Below are positions 18,355 through 27,934 of a stretch of DNA of 64,000 nucleotides, one piece after another. The position numbers were made by a program, and so were the translations under genes. This DNA is from an uncultured virus (IMG/VR IMGVR_UViG_3300002835_000123) (taxonomy: Duplodnaviria > Heunggongvirae > Uroviricota > Caudoviricetes): the IMG/VR virus record IMGVR_UViG_3300002835_000123, one strand, 5' to 3'. The notes beneath the pieces are model-generated. The model saw only the letters and a list, made by a program, of their open reading frames with translations. It made no database searches and was not told the DNA's origin. Position 1 is the stretch's first letter. Each line of letters starts with the position of its first letter.

Positions 18355-21225
18355 ATGAAAAAAGATAATTTGTCTATTCTTTTAGCACCCAACGGAAAAC
18401 CAACTAATCTAACCCCCGAACAATATAAATTGGTTCGCACAAAAGCGTTCAAAGATTGGTTTGGTGATTGGGAGAACGACCCTGAAAATGCAAGTAAGGT
18501 AGTTGATTCTAATGGAGAGCCGTTAGTTTGCTATCACGGAACAACATTTGATTTTAATACATTTGAAAAAACGATTTTCGGCAAATTTGGGAAGGGTATG
18601 TATTTTACTTCTTATATTGATTTTGCTAAAAAATACGCTAAAAATTACGATGAAAGTAGAATTATACCTGTTTTCTTGAAATCAATAAATTTAGTAAAAA
18701 CAGAAGAATTGTTTTTAGACCAAATAAAAAATATACCAAAAAATTACGATGGTATATGGTCAAGTTTAGTTTGGACAAACGATTATGATTATAATGAAAT
18801 TTCAGAAGATGAAATAATAGTTTATTCACCCGAACAAATCAAAATTGCCGATGGAACTAACACTACATTCGATGGTAACAATCCCGATATTCGTTTTGAA
18901 GATGGTGGAGAAGTAGAAGATTTGATAAGCAAAGGAATTGTTGAATTAAAAATGTTTGACACTAAACCCGAACACGCAAAGGAATATGGATTCGATGTAA
19001 AAAAACCATTGTATGTTAAATCTATATGTATAAGTGAAAATGAAAGATTAAAGGGAATAGGAAAGAAAGTTTTAGATTATATTGATGAATATGCAGTTAA
19101 GAACGGACACGATTTGATATTTGGACATATTACTCAAAAAGCAAACTTTACAAAAGATTCAAGACATACCGATTTATGTGATATTGATTTGATTAAAGAA
19201 TTTTTAATAAAAGGTGGATATAGCACAATAAAAGGGAATAATGATTTTTACAAAGTAATTAAAACTAATCCCAATATTCGATTTGATGGAGGAGGAGATA
19301 TTAAAAACCAAGAGTTTAAGTTTGAAAGAAAAAATGTAGCCAACGAAATATATTCTTCAAATAAAAAAAAGTATGGTAGATTTTCTACATTAAGATTAGC
19401 AGAAATTAATACAGACGAAATATTGATTCTTATTATTTCAGAAGATGAAGATGGAAAGGAAAATTTAGTATACGAAAAGGTACACAAAAGACCTGCTAAT
19501 AGTATGTTTTATGATAATTTAATTAAACGAATAAAACAAAAGACTGAAGTTGAAGAAAAATTAAGAAATGCACAATCGTATAGAATATACCCAATATATT
19601 TTAATGATAAGTACACAGATGAAAAAGTAAAAAAATACTTTGAATTAAAAAACTTATCTGAATTATACAATGATTATGTAAATGAGAAAAAAATAGAAAA
19701 AGAACAAAACAAAATAGAAAAAGAAAAAGAATATCCGATTGACGAAAAATTGAAAAGAGGAAATTATTACATGATTTACTTTTCAACGAGAGGAGATAAA
19801 TCAAAATCAAAATCTTACTTAAAAATGAGATTTGACAACCTAATTATTTCTGAAAGTTCTTACCTATTGTCTAAAAATCCAATTTACTATCTTTTTAGTA
19901 CAGATGCAACTACTCACAAAGTTCCATTTAATGAATTAAATCAAGATTTTATAAATCAAAATATTATGACTATTGATGATTTTGAAGAAAAATTCGGAGC
20001 ATCTAATAGCCAAAGTAATATTGAAAATTACATTGATGGAATAGAAAAAGAAAGAAAAAATTATGATAACAATAAAGACAAATTTACACGCAATAGATTA
20101 AGTAAAAATATTCAAGATTTATTGAGTTTTGTGTTTCAAGAACCTGAATATTCTGATTTTGAATTTACCGATAGTCAAAAAGCAAATGTATTAATATATT
20201 GCACGAAACTATACAAAAATTATTTTCCTGCCGAATCTCTAATTGGTTACATTATTTCTTCAGCAAAAGATTTTGAATATGAATACAATTCTAAAATTTC
20301 TTATTGGGATATATTGAAAGAAAATAATTTAATAAAACCCTATTTTGTTAATTCAGTAAAATACAAAATAAACCCTGAAAATAGAGAATTAAAAAAAATA
20401 TTTGAAGATATAACAAGTAAGGATTCTTTAAGACCTATAATGATGGGTGTTAATTTTGTTGGAAATCAAGCCATAGGAACAGATGCACATAAGTTAGTCC
20501 ATGTCATAGGAACAAAAGAAGGTGATTTTGAAGATGGTGTTTATCCTTTGAGTAAAAAAGCAATAGATGATAATGGAAATGGTTTAATAAGTGGTATATA
20601 TCCTAATTGGAAAGCAATACTACCTAATGATTGTACGATTAGGAAATCATTAAGTTTACCATTCATTTATTCTATTTTAGAAAACCTAAAAAAGAACCTT
20701 GTTTTATCTAAAACTACATTTTATGTTCAATTTATTTTGAAAGATGATAACAATGAGGAATTTAAAATAACATTTAATCATGAAATATTACAAGATTTAT
20801 TAAATTCTTTGCTTTTAGTAGGTTTAAATCATGTAGACGCTTGTTTTTATTCATCATCACGATATATGCTTATTATTCCAAGACAAGAAAAAATAGGTTA
20901 TAATGAAGATTTACATAAAATCAATTTTGGTTTGATTATGCCATTTAAAGATGCAGAAACACAAGAGCCAATAAAAATAGAAATTGTAAATGAAGATGAA
21001 CTTAACTTAACAATAGGTAAAACGGCAACTAAAAAATTATATAAATCAGATGTTTTTGATTATTTGAAAAAACAAGAAAAAAAGCCTGAAGAAAACACTA
21101 AAGTTTATTATCAAGAAATAATTGACACCTACAATACTTTGTTAGAAATAGAAACTGATAAAAATAAAAAAGAATATTTTAAAGAAATAATTGATTCTTA
21201 TAAAAATTTATTAGAACTTCTTTAA
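18355..21225 (+). CDS. modular protein: ART-PolyVal-like domain, GNAT, unknown domain, beta-sliding-clamp-like domain
   Basis: YHGT/GMYFT/EIIVYSPEQIK; ERLKGIGKKVL; SKDSLRPIMMGV..IGTDAHKL..GIYPNWKAILP..FNHEIL..LIMP. Confidence 0.7.
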   Translation: MKKDNLSILLAPNGKPTNLTPEQYKLVRTKAFKDWFGDWENDPENASKVVDSNGEPLVCYHGTTFDFNTFEKTIFGKFGKGMYFTSYIDFAKKYAKNYDESRIIPVFLKSINLVKTEELFLDQIKNIPKNYDGIWSSLVWTNDYDYNEISEDEIIVYSPEQIKIADGTNTTFDGNNPDIRFEDGGEVEDLISKGIVELKMFDTKPEHAKEYGFDVKKPLYVKSICISENERLKGIGKKVLDYIDEYAVKNGHDLIFGHITQKANFTKDSRHTDLCDIDLIKEFLIKGGYSTIKGNNDFYKVIKTNPNIRFDGGGDIKNQEFKFERKNVANEIYSSNKKKYGRFSTLRLAEINTDEILILIISEDEDGKENLVYEKVHKRPANSMFYDNLIKRIKQKTEVEEKLRNAQSYRIYPIYFNDKYTDEKVKKYFELKNLSELYNDYVNEKKIEKEQNKIEKEKEYPIDEKLKRGNYYMIYFSTRGDKSKSKSYLKMRFDNLIISESSYLLSKNPIYYLFSTDATTHKVPFNELNQDFINQNIMTIDDFEEKFGASNSQSNIENYIDGIEKERKNYDNNKDKFTRNRLSKNIQDLLSFVFQEPEYSDFEFTDSQKANVLIYCTKLYKNYFPAESLIGYIISSAKDFEYEYNSKISYWDILKENNLIKPYFVNSVKYKINPENRELKKIFEDITSKDSLRPIMMGVNFVGNQAIGTDAHKLVHVIGTKEGDFEDGVYPLSKKAIDDNGNGLISGIYPNWKAILPNDCTIRKSLSLPFIYSILENLKKNLVLSKTTFYVQFILKDDNNEEFKITFNHEILQDLLNSLLLVGLNHVDACFYSSSRYMLIIPRQEKIGYNEDLHKINFGLIMPFKDAETQEPIKIEIVNEDELNLTIGKTATKKLYKSDVFDYLKKQEKKPEENTKVYYQEIIDTYNTLLEIETDKNKKEYFKEIIDSYKNLLELL

Positions 21226-21285
21226 TTCTTTAGTAATAAAGTTTACATGAAAAAAATATAATGTAAACAATATTAGTACGAAAAC

Positions 21286-21306
21286 TCCTTTCTACAAAAG
21301 AAAGGA
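21286..21306 (+). terminator. stem-loop after 18355-21225 gene (possible terminator)
   Basis: TCCTTTCT-ACAAA-AGAAAGGA; weak U-tract. Confidence 0.4.
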
Positions 21307-21371
21307 AATTGTAGTGTTGCGAATAAAACGTAAACAATAAAATACAAATAAAATTATAGATATTTTTATAG

Positions 21372-21379
21372 TATATTTG
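21372..21379 (+). promoter_or_regulatory. -7 promoter box (TATATTTG)
   Basis: TAnnTTTG in intergenic gap. Confidence 0.55.
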
Positions 21380-21432
21380 GAAATTAATTAGAAATAATTT
21401 CTGACTTTATTATTTTTCAAAAAACAAAAAAT

Positions 21433-21642
21433 ATGTATAGTGAAAAAGATTTAGATGCACTTATTAGACAAAAGATAAATGAGTGTAAAATGCCATATAC
21501 TTGTCAATTTTCAAAAACGGAACAAGGGTTTAAAAGAATTTTCGATAGAATAAAACAACACATATTTGTGAGAGGAATTGCTAACGTAGATACTGCAATA
21601 TCCCTTGTAGAGAATGAATTATCTGAACCTAATCACGATTAA
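21433..21642 (+). CDS. hypothetical protein
   Basis: ORF after promoter box, A-rich start. Confidence 0.55.
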   Translation: MYSEKDLDALIRQKINECKMPYTCQFSKTEQGFKRIFDRIKQHIFVRGIANVDTAISLVENELSEPNHD

Positions 21643-21653
21643 AAAAAAATAAA

Positions 21654-24600
21654 ATGAAAGATTTAAAATTATACAATAATCTTGTAAATGAGGATGTTAC
21701 GGCTCAAACAAAACAAGAATTAATCAATAGAGTTTTCGAAAACACTTTTCGTTCTGATTTCAAAAAAATGGCAGAAGGCGGAGGTGTAGATGATTCGGAA
21801 GTATATAGTCCTTATGAATTTCTTTATGAATTAATGCCAAAAGTATATGGTAGAGATTATGTAGTTTCTGATGATGTAGCAATAGAAATGTCCAAAAAGG
21901 TAGAGGAAAAGAAAAAGTACATTGATGAAAAGGTATTGGTAGAACTTCAAAAAGAAGGAGCATCTTCTCTTTATGAACTTTCTAATGAAAAATTTATTGA
22001 AGAAATAGAAATAGAAAGAAGAAAAATAAATACAGATAAATGTTTTATTTCTGAAAGTGAATTACAAGCATATATATTTTGCCACCCTGAATTAAATGCT
22101 TCTGATTATGTAAAAGAAATTAAATCAGATAAGGAAGAATTTATTAAAAAAGGTTTGGTAATGGTTGATTATGATGTTACCGATGGAGTTCAATATGTCT
22201 ATAAGTATGATTATTTAAGCGGTGATGTTTATAAAAAGATAAGTGCATTACGAATGTACTCACAAAGATTAATTGATGGTGGGTATTGTAATCAAGACCA
22301 AATAGATTTTCAAATTCAAATGTTGAACTCTGTTAAACCTTTACAGGCGGAGATTACAACTTCTAATTTTAATGCAATTTATATTCATCCAAAATCTAAA
22401 TTTTCTGAAAAAATATTTAAAGTAGAACCAACTGATTTAATAAACATTCAATTAAGAGGAAGAACCTCTTTAATGGAAGCATTTAAATATTGGATTAGTA
22501 ATGAAATGGATAATTCACTATTAAAAAATGCAGATTCTAAAAGAGCATTAATTAGATTTTATGTTGATTTAGAAAGACCTTCTGAAAATCAAATGGATGC
22601 AAGAACATTCATCAATGCAAGGAGAAGGGCATTTTTGGATGGTGATAGAATTTTCAATGTGTTTTTAAATACAGAGTTGAATGAAAATTGTAAAATGAGA
22701 TTGCAAATTCAATGGAATGAATTATATAACAATTTTGTTCAGCAACAATTTAATAAAGTTCCTATTGCTTTAAGATGTGCAAAAACATGGAAAACAGGTT
22801 CTCCTTTCATTCCAAATGAAAGTCAAGTTCAGTCTGTTCAGTATATCAAAAATGCAGGGAGCGGACTATTAGCTTATGGAGTTGGAGTTGGAAAAACAGC
22901 ATCTTCAATTTTAAATGTTTCTTATGCTATTGATAATAATTTTGCAAAAAAACCAATTTTCGTAGTTCCAAATGCGACTTATGAAAAATGGAAAAATGAA
23001 ATTGTAGGAGGACAAGAGGTAACATATATTGTAAAATACAAAGAAAATGGTGAAGAATTAGAATCTGTATTTACTGAAAATTCAAAAGCTAAAAAATTTG
23101 CTAAAGAAGTTGGTGGAGAAATTACAGAGAAAAAAATAACTATCGGAGGTATATTACCACATTTAAAAAAATATGTTGGACTATACAATTTGAATGAAGA
23201 AATTGTAATGTCAATTAAAACCTATACACAGGAAGAAAAAAATCAAATTAAAAACATGGATTTGTTGTTGGAATTACTTGAAACAATAAATCCTAAGTAT
23301 ACTTTTAATGATGAATCAATTAATAGAAAAATTAAAACATATTACGATGATTTTGAATTAATTGATTTGATTCGTGATTATAATGAAATTGTAAATGAAG
23401 CATATAGAAAAGCAACTAAGAAAAAATATATTGAATTTGATAAGTTTAAAAATGAATTTAAGCCTACGATATTCGAATATTTTTCAAAATTGATGAAAAA
23501 ATATAGAAATGAATTACCATACATTTTAGGAACTTTAAAGGAATTTGAAGATAATACTATATTCCTTTTGACTTTTGAAGGATTAGAAAGATTAGGATTA
23601 AAAAGAAATAATGTTGAATTAAATTACAGAGATAATGATACCTTATTCGGAAAATTATTTAACGAATTTACGCAAGGCGAATCAATCAGTAATTTCATAA
23701 ATCAAGGTAAGGAATCAGTAGCCTTAGAAACATTTGAAGAAGTAGTTTATGGTGTAAATGATAAAAGAAAATTATCTATTGAAGAATTTAAATTTGATTT
23801 TGGAGTATTTGATGAATCTCATAATTTCAAAAAAGTATTTCTTGAAAGTAAAGGAGAGCCTAAAATGGGATGGAATAATAACTTTGCCGTTACAGGTAGA
23901 GGTACTATTGATAGAGATGACAGAAAGTATACTATTGGTTCAGGTGAAAGACCAACACCAAGAGCATTGAGTGGTTGGTTCTTAACAAGATATATTCAAG
24001 AAACAAATTCAGGCAACAATACAATTCAATTAACTGCAACACCATTTACAAACAAACCTGCTGAAATATACTCAATGTTAGCCTTAACTAATTACAAAAG
24101 GTTAGTAGCAGGTGGGTATAGATATATGCAAGACTTTTTTGATTTGTTTATGTCTATTTCATTTGAAATGACACTAACTCCATCACAAAAAATTGTTCGT
24201 AGAGAGGTATTAGTAGGTTTTAATAATCTCCCACAAATGAGAAATTTAATCTATAATATAATGGATTATAAAAGTGGAGAAGATGCAAATATTAAAAGAC
24301 CTAAGAAAGTATTATATCCAAGCGAAGCAGAAAATCGTAATACAATATTACCTGCAACTGCTCAACAAGAAGAATTATTCAAGGATATAAAAAGATACAT
24401 TAAAGGAGAGATAGCTTATGAAGAACTTTGTTCAGAATTTGTTGAAGATGTGAACATAGAAGAATTAAGTACAGAAGAACTATTAGAATATATTGAAAAC
24501 TATGGTAGTGAAACTCAAAAAGAGAGATTTGCTAACATGGAAAAAGATAATGAAGAAGAACTGATTTCATTGAAACAAGCTGTTTCTAAATTAATCGAAC

Positions 24601-26516
24601 AAGAGAAGAAAGATGTAGTAGATATAAATGTATTAGGTGATGATAATACAGGAAAAAATGACAAAGCATTTGTTAGAATTTTGAAAGGAATTTCAATAAT
24701 GAAACAAGTAACATTAAGTCCTTATTTATCTACTTGTTCTAAATTGTTGGGTGTTGAGCCTACTGCAAAAGAATATGTTGAAAGTTCACCGAAATTACTT
24801 TATACAGCACAATCTATAAAGTCTATCCATGATTACGAAAATGAAAATGGAACAGCTTCAGGTAAAAAACATTCAGGGATAGTTATTTACATGAATATTG
24901 GAGTTCATCCAAGCGTTAAAGGTAAAAAATGGTCAGAAGGAGGATTTGAAAAAATAAAAAAATATTTTGTTGAACAATTAGGTTATAAAGATTCAGATAT
25001 TTCTATTGTTTCAGGAAAATCAAGTCAAGCATCTAAAGAAAAAGAAAAAAATAGATTTTTGGCAGGTCAAAGTATTATATTAATAGGTTCTTCTACAATT
25101 TCCACAGGTGTTGATTTACAGAATAATGCTTCTGCCTTATTTTTATGTTCTTTTGATTGGAATCCAACAGATAATGAACAAATAGCAGGTAGAGTACATA
25201 GACAAGGAAATCCGTATGCTTTTGTCAGAATAGTTTACCCAATGATTATGAACTCTGCTGATGTAGTAATTTTTGGACTTCTTCAAGAAAAAACAAATCG
25301 TGTAAAAAGCATTTGGGATAAAGATGAAAAAGGAACTACTCTTGATTTAAAAGATTTTGACCCTAAAAAATTAATGAAGGAATTGCTTGATGACCCTGAA
25401 GATATGACTAATCTTACTATTGAAGAAATGAAAACCGAATTAGAGGATGAAAAAATCATTTTAGAAAATAGACTTGATAGTTTAAGAAATATTGCAGATG
25501 ATTATTCAACATTCTCTGAATTAAAACCAATAATGTTGGCAATGCTTACTATTTGGGATTCATACAAAAAAGAAAAAACAAGGAACGAAGGTTTAAGTAA
25601 ATATGAAGAAAAAAGAAGGGAAATACAAGATGATGATTCATTGGAAGAAGAAGTTCAATTAAGAAAATTGAAAGATTTGAAAAATAGCACCTATGATTAT
25701 AAAAATGACCCTGAAGGTCGTTATGTTATAGAGGACTTTAAAAATCTTAATGACGATGAATTACTTGTAAAAATAAATACTCAATTTAGAAATAGCGATT
25801 CTTCTTATCAAAACGCAAAAAGTCAAAACCAAAGAATTGGTAGCGATGTAGCAAGTTTTATGAGTTCAAAATTTCCTGATTATGCAGAAGGTATATTTTC
25901 TGAAGAAGATAGAGCAAAATATTCTTACAGCAGAAATAAAATAGATTGGGATTATGATTACAGATTCAATAATCTAATTGATAGATGGAAAGGTGCTAAA
26001 TCAAATTTGAAAAAAACTGCTGACAAATTAGCTGTTTTAGGTATTCCATTTGAAGGAATTGATGAAGCTAAACAATTAATAGTAGATAGAATAGAAAAAT
26101 TGGCAGAAGAAATAACTCAAGTTAAAGACAAGAAAAATGAATTATTTGAAAGATTTACATTAGAGTATTTGCAAAAAAGAAGGGAAATGCCTACGATAAA
26201 GCAAAAGGTAGATGAATTTTCTGAAATGAATTTTGTTCTGAACAAACCATTGAATGTATTTAAAATAGATACAGCTAAAATAGTGGAAGTTCCTGAACAA
26301 TTAAAAGAAATGCCAAAAGAACCGACAACTATTGTAAAACCTAAAACAAAAGTAGTTGATGTAAAAGTCGAAGAAGAAAAACAAACTGATGCTGAATATT
26401 ATGAGGAAGTAATTAGTTCTTATGAAACTTTGAAAGAACTTGAGGAAAATGAAGAAACAATAAAATACTATGATGAAGTTATTGAATCATATAAAATATT
26501 GTTAGAACTTGTTTAA
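21654..26516 (+). CDS. large SNF2/SF2 helicase (DarB-like helicase type)
   Basis: AYGVGVGKT (I), VVPNAT (Ia), DESHNFK (II), TATPFTN (III), STGVDLQ (V), QIAGRVHRQGN (VI). Confidence 0.9.
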   Translation: MKDLKLYNNLVNEDVTAQTKQELINRVFENTFRSDFKKMAEGGGVDDSEVYSPYEFLYELMPKVYGRDYVVSDDVAIEMSKKVEEKKKYIDEKVLVELQKEGASSLYELSNEKFIEEIEIERRKINTDKCFISESELQAYIFCHPELNASDYVKEIKSDKEEFIKKGLVMVDYDVTDGVQYVYKYDYLSGDVYKKISALRMYSQRLIDGGYCNQDQIDFQIQMLNSVKPLQAEITTSNFNAIYIHPKSKFSEKIFKVEPTDLINIQLRGRTSLMEAFKYWISNEMDNSLLKNADSKRALIRFYVDLERPSENQMDARTFINARRRAFLDGDRIFNVFLNTELNENCKMRLQIQWNELYNNFVQQQFNKVPIALRCAKTWKTGSPFIPNESQVQSVQYIKNAGSGLLAYGVGVGKTASSILNVSYAIDNNFAKKPIFVVPNATYEKWKNEIVGGQEVTYIVKYKENGEELESVFTENSKAKKFAKEVGGEITEKKITIGGILPHLKKYVGLYNLNEEIVMSIKTYTQEEKNQIKNMDLLLELLETINPKYTFNDESINRKIKTYYDDFELIDLIRDYNEIVNEAYRKATKKKYIEFDKFKNEFKPTIFEYFSKLMKKYRNELPYILGTLKEFEDNTIFLLTFEGLERLGLKRNNVELNYRDNDTLFGKLFNEFTQGESISNFINQGKESVALETFEEVVYGVNDKRKLSIEEFKFDFGVFDESHNFKKVFLESKGEPKMGWNNNFAVTGRGTIDRDDRKYTIGSGERPTPRALSGWFLTRYIQETNSGNNTIQLTATPFTNKPAEIYSMLALTNYKRLVAGGYRYMQDFFDLFMSISFEMTLTPSQKIVRREVLVGFNNLPQMRNLIYNIMDYKSGEDANIKRPKKVLYPSEAENRNTILPATAQQEELFKDIKRYIKGEIAYEELCSEFVEDVNIEELSTEELLEYIENYGSETQKERFANMEKDNEEELISLKQAVSKLIEQEKKDVVDINVLGDDNTGKNDKAFVRILKGISIMKQVTLSPYLSTCSKLLGVEPTAKEYVESSPKLLYTAQSIKSIHDYENENGTASGKKHSGIVIYMNIGVHPSVKGKKWSEGGFEKIKKYFVEQLGYKDSDISIVSGKSSQASKEKEKNRFLAGQSIILIGSSTISTGVDLQNNASALFLCSFDWNPTDNEQIAGRVHRQGNPYAFVRIVYPMIMNSADVVIFGLLQEKTNRVKSIWDKDEKGTTLDLKDFDPKKLMKELLDDPEDMTNLTIEEMKTELEDEKIILENRLDSLRNIADDYSTFSELKPIMLAMLTIWDSYKKEKTRNEGLSKYEEKRREIQDDDSLEEEVQLRKLKDLKNSTYDYKNDPEGRYVIEDFKNLNDDELLVKINTQFRNSDSSYQNAKSQNQRIGSDVASFMSSKFPDYAEGIFSEEDRAKYSYSRNKIDWDYDYRFNNLIDRWKGAKSNLKKTADKLAVLGIPFEGIDEAKQLIVDRIEKLAEEITQVKDKKNELFERFTLEYLQKRREMPTIKQKVDEFSEMNFVLNKPLNVFKIDTAKIVEVPEQLKEMPKEPTTIVKPKTKVVDVKVEEEKQTDAEYYEEVISSYETLKELEENEETIKYYDEVIESYKILLELV

Positions 26517-26548
26517 TTAATAAATTGTATAACCTTAAATAAAATAAA

Positions 26549-27343
26549 ATGAATAATTACAACAGAAAATTCAATGATGGAGGAGAAATCCAAACAAAAA
26601 TTGATAGAATGAGAAGGGTAATTGATAATCCCAACACAGATGCCAAAATGAAAGCAGATTTAGAAGCAGGGATTAAAAAATTAGAAGCACTTTTGAAAAA
26701 AGATGAACCTGCAAAAAAGGATGAACCTGCAAAAAAAGATGAACCTGCAAAGAAGGATGAACCTGCAAAGAAGGATGAAGAAAAAAAACCTATGGTTAAA
26801 AGAGGTCGCCCTGCAAAAAAGGATGAATCTAAGAAGGATGAAGAAAAAAAACCTATGGTTCGGAGAGGTCGCCCTGCAAAAAAGGATGAACCTAAGAAGG
26901 ATGAACCTGTAAAAAAAGATAAAGGTTTAAAAGTATTATCTACAAAAAGAGTTACCATTGATGGTAAAGAGGTAGATATGAATAGCAAAGAATTTTGTGA
27001 TTATTTACTTGCTGAATTTAGAGCAAGAAGGCAAAAAGCAGAAGAAAACAAAGGTAAACGCAAAAAAACTAAGTCTGTGATGGCAAAAGTTGTTTCTAAT
27101 GTTGCCACAGGACTTTCTACTGCAATTAAATCAGGAATAAAAGAAAACAAAGTTGCTATAAATAAAAATCCTCAAGTATTTATTGGTAAAGTTGAAAAAC
27201 TTGAAACTGCCACAAAATCATTTTTTACAAGTTTGAAAGAAGTGTTAGGAGAAGAATACGATGCTAAAGATGTTAAAATTGCTACTGATGTAATTAGCGA
27301 ATTGGTTTCAGAACTAAAGAAAAAAGTAGCTGATAAGAAATAA
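26549..27343 (+). CDS. lysine-rich histone-like protein with two AT-hook-like motifs
   Basis: KKDEPA repeats; KRGRPAK and RRGRPAK; N-terminal KFNDGGEI. Confidence 0.6.
   Translation: MNNYNRKFNDGGEIQTKIDRMRRVIDNPNTDAKMKADLEAGIKKLEALLKKDEPAKKDEPAKKDEPAKKDEPAKKDEEKKPMVKRGRPAKKDESKKDEEKKPMVRRGRPAKKDEPKKDEPVKKDKGLKVLSTKRVTIDGKEVDMNSKEFCDYLLAEFRARRQKAEENKGKRKKTKSVMAKVVSNVATGLSTAIKSGIKENKVAINKNPQVFIGKVEKLETATKSFFTSLKEVLGEEYDAKDVKIATDVISELVSELKKKVADKK
26696..26920 (+). repeat. coding 18-bp (KKDEPA) and 63-bp tandem repeats
   Basis: aaaaaggatgaacctgca units; duplicated KKDEEKKPMVxRGRPAKKDE block. Confidence 0.9.
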
Positions 27344-27355
27344 TTTGTAGTTACT

Positions 27356-27928
27356 ATGCAAGAACATTGGGAAATTAATCATATACCTTTTGATGGTGAT
27401 TTGACAAACGATAAAGTAATTTGTAAAAATTGTGGTTGGTTTTGGAATTATCAAGATGGAGGAAATGACCCTTATGTTTGTCATTCTTGTGGTTTTGACA
27501 ATATTTTAGAATATGAATATAAGTCTAATTTTGTTGATGTTGCAGGATTGGTTAAGGCAGGTACTCAAGTAGTAAGTTCAACTGCTTCTGCGGTTTCATC
27601 AGGCAAACAATCAAAGGCAAAAATAGAATCGTCTAAAACAGATGTTCAAAGAGAAGTGGAACTTTCATGTGGAGGTAAAAGAAGAAGGAGTTGGAGCAAA
27701 AAAAGAAAAGCCGAATATGATGCTTGTGCTAATAAAGTTTTAGAGGAAAATAAATTGCTTAAAAATCAAACAGCAGAGCAATTAAAAAACACACAAGAAT
27801 TTAATCAAAAATTAGCTTTAGAAAAACTAAAAGACATTAAAGAAGAAAAGCAAAGAAACTCATATCTTATCATTGGAGGTCTTGTATTAGTTTTAGGTGT
27901 TATTGTTTATTTGAGAATAAAAAAATAA
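27356..27928 (+). CDS. Zn-ribbon protein with C-terminal membrane anchor
   Basis: CKNC...CHSC; LIIGGLVLVLGVIVYLRIKK. Confidence 0.65.
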   Translation: MQEHWEINHIPFDGDLTNDKVICKNCGWFWNYQDGGNDPYVCHSCGFDNILEYEYKSNFVDVAGLVKAGTQVVSSTASAVSSGKQSKAKIESSKTDVQREVELSCGGKRRRSWSKKRKAEYDACANKVLEENKLLKNQTAEQLKNTQEFNQKLALEKLKDIKEEKQRNSYLIIGGLVLVLGVIVYLRIKK

Positions 27929-27934
27929 ATTCAA

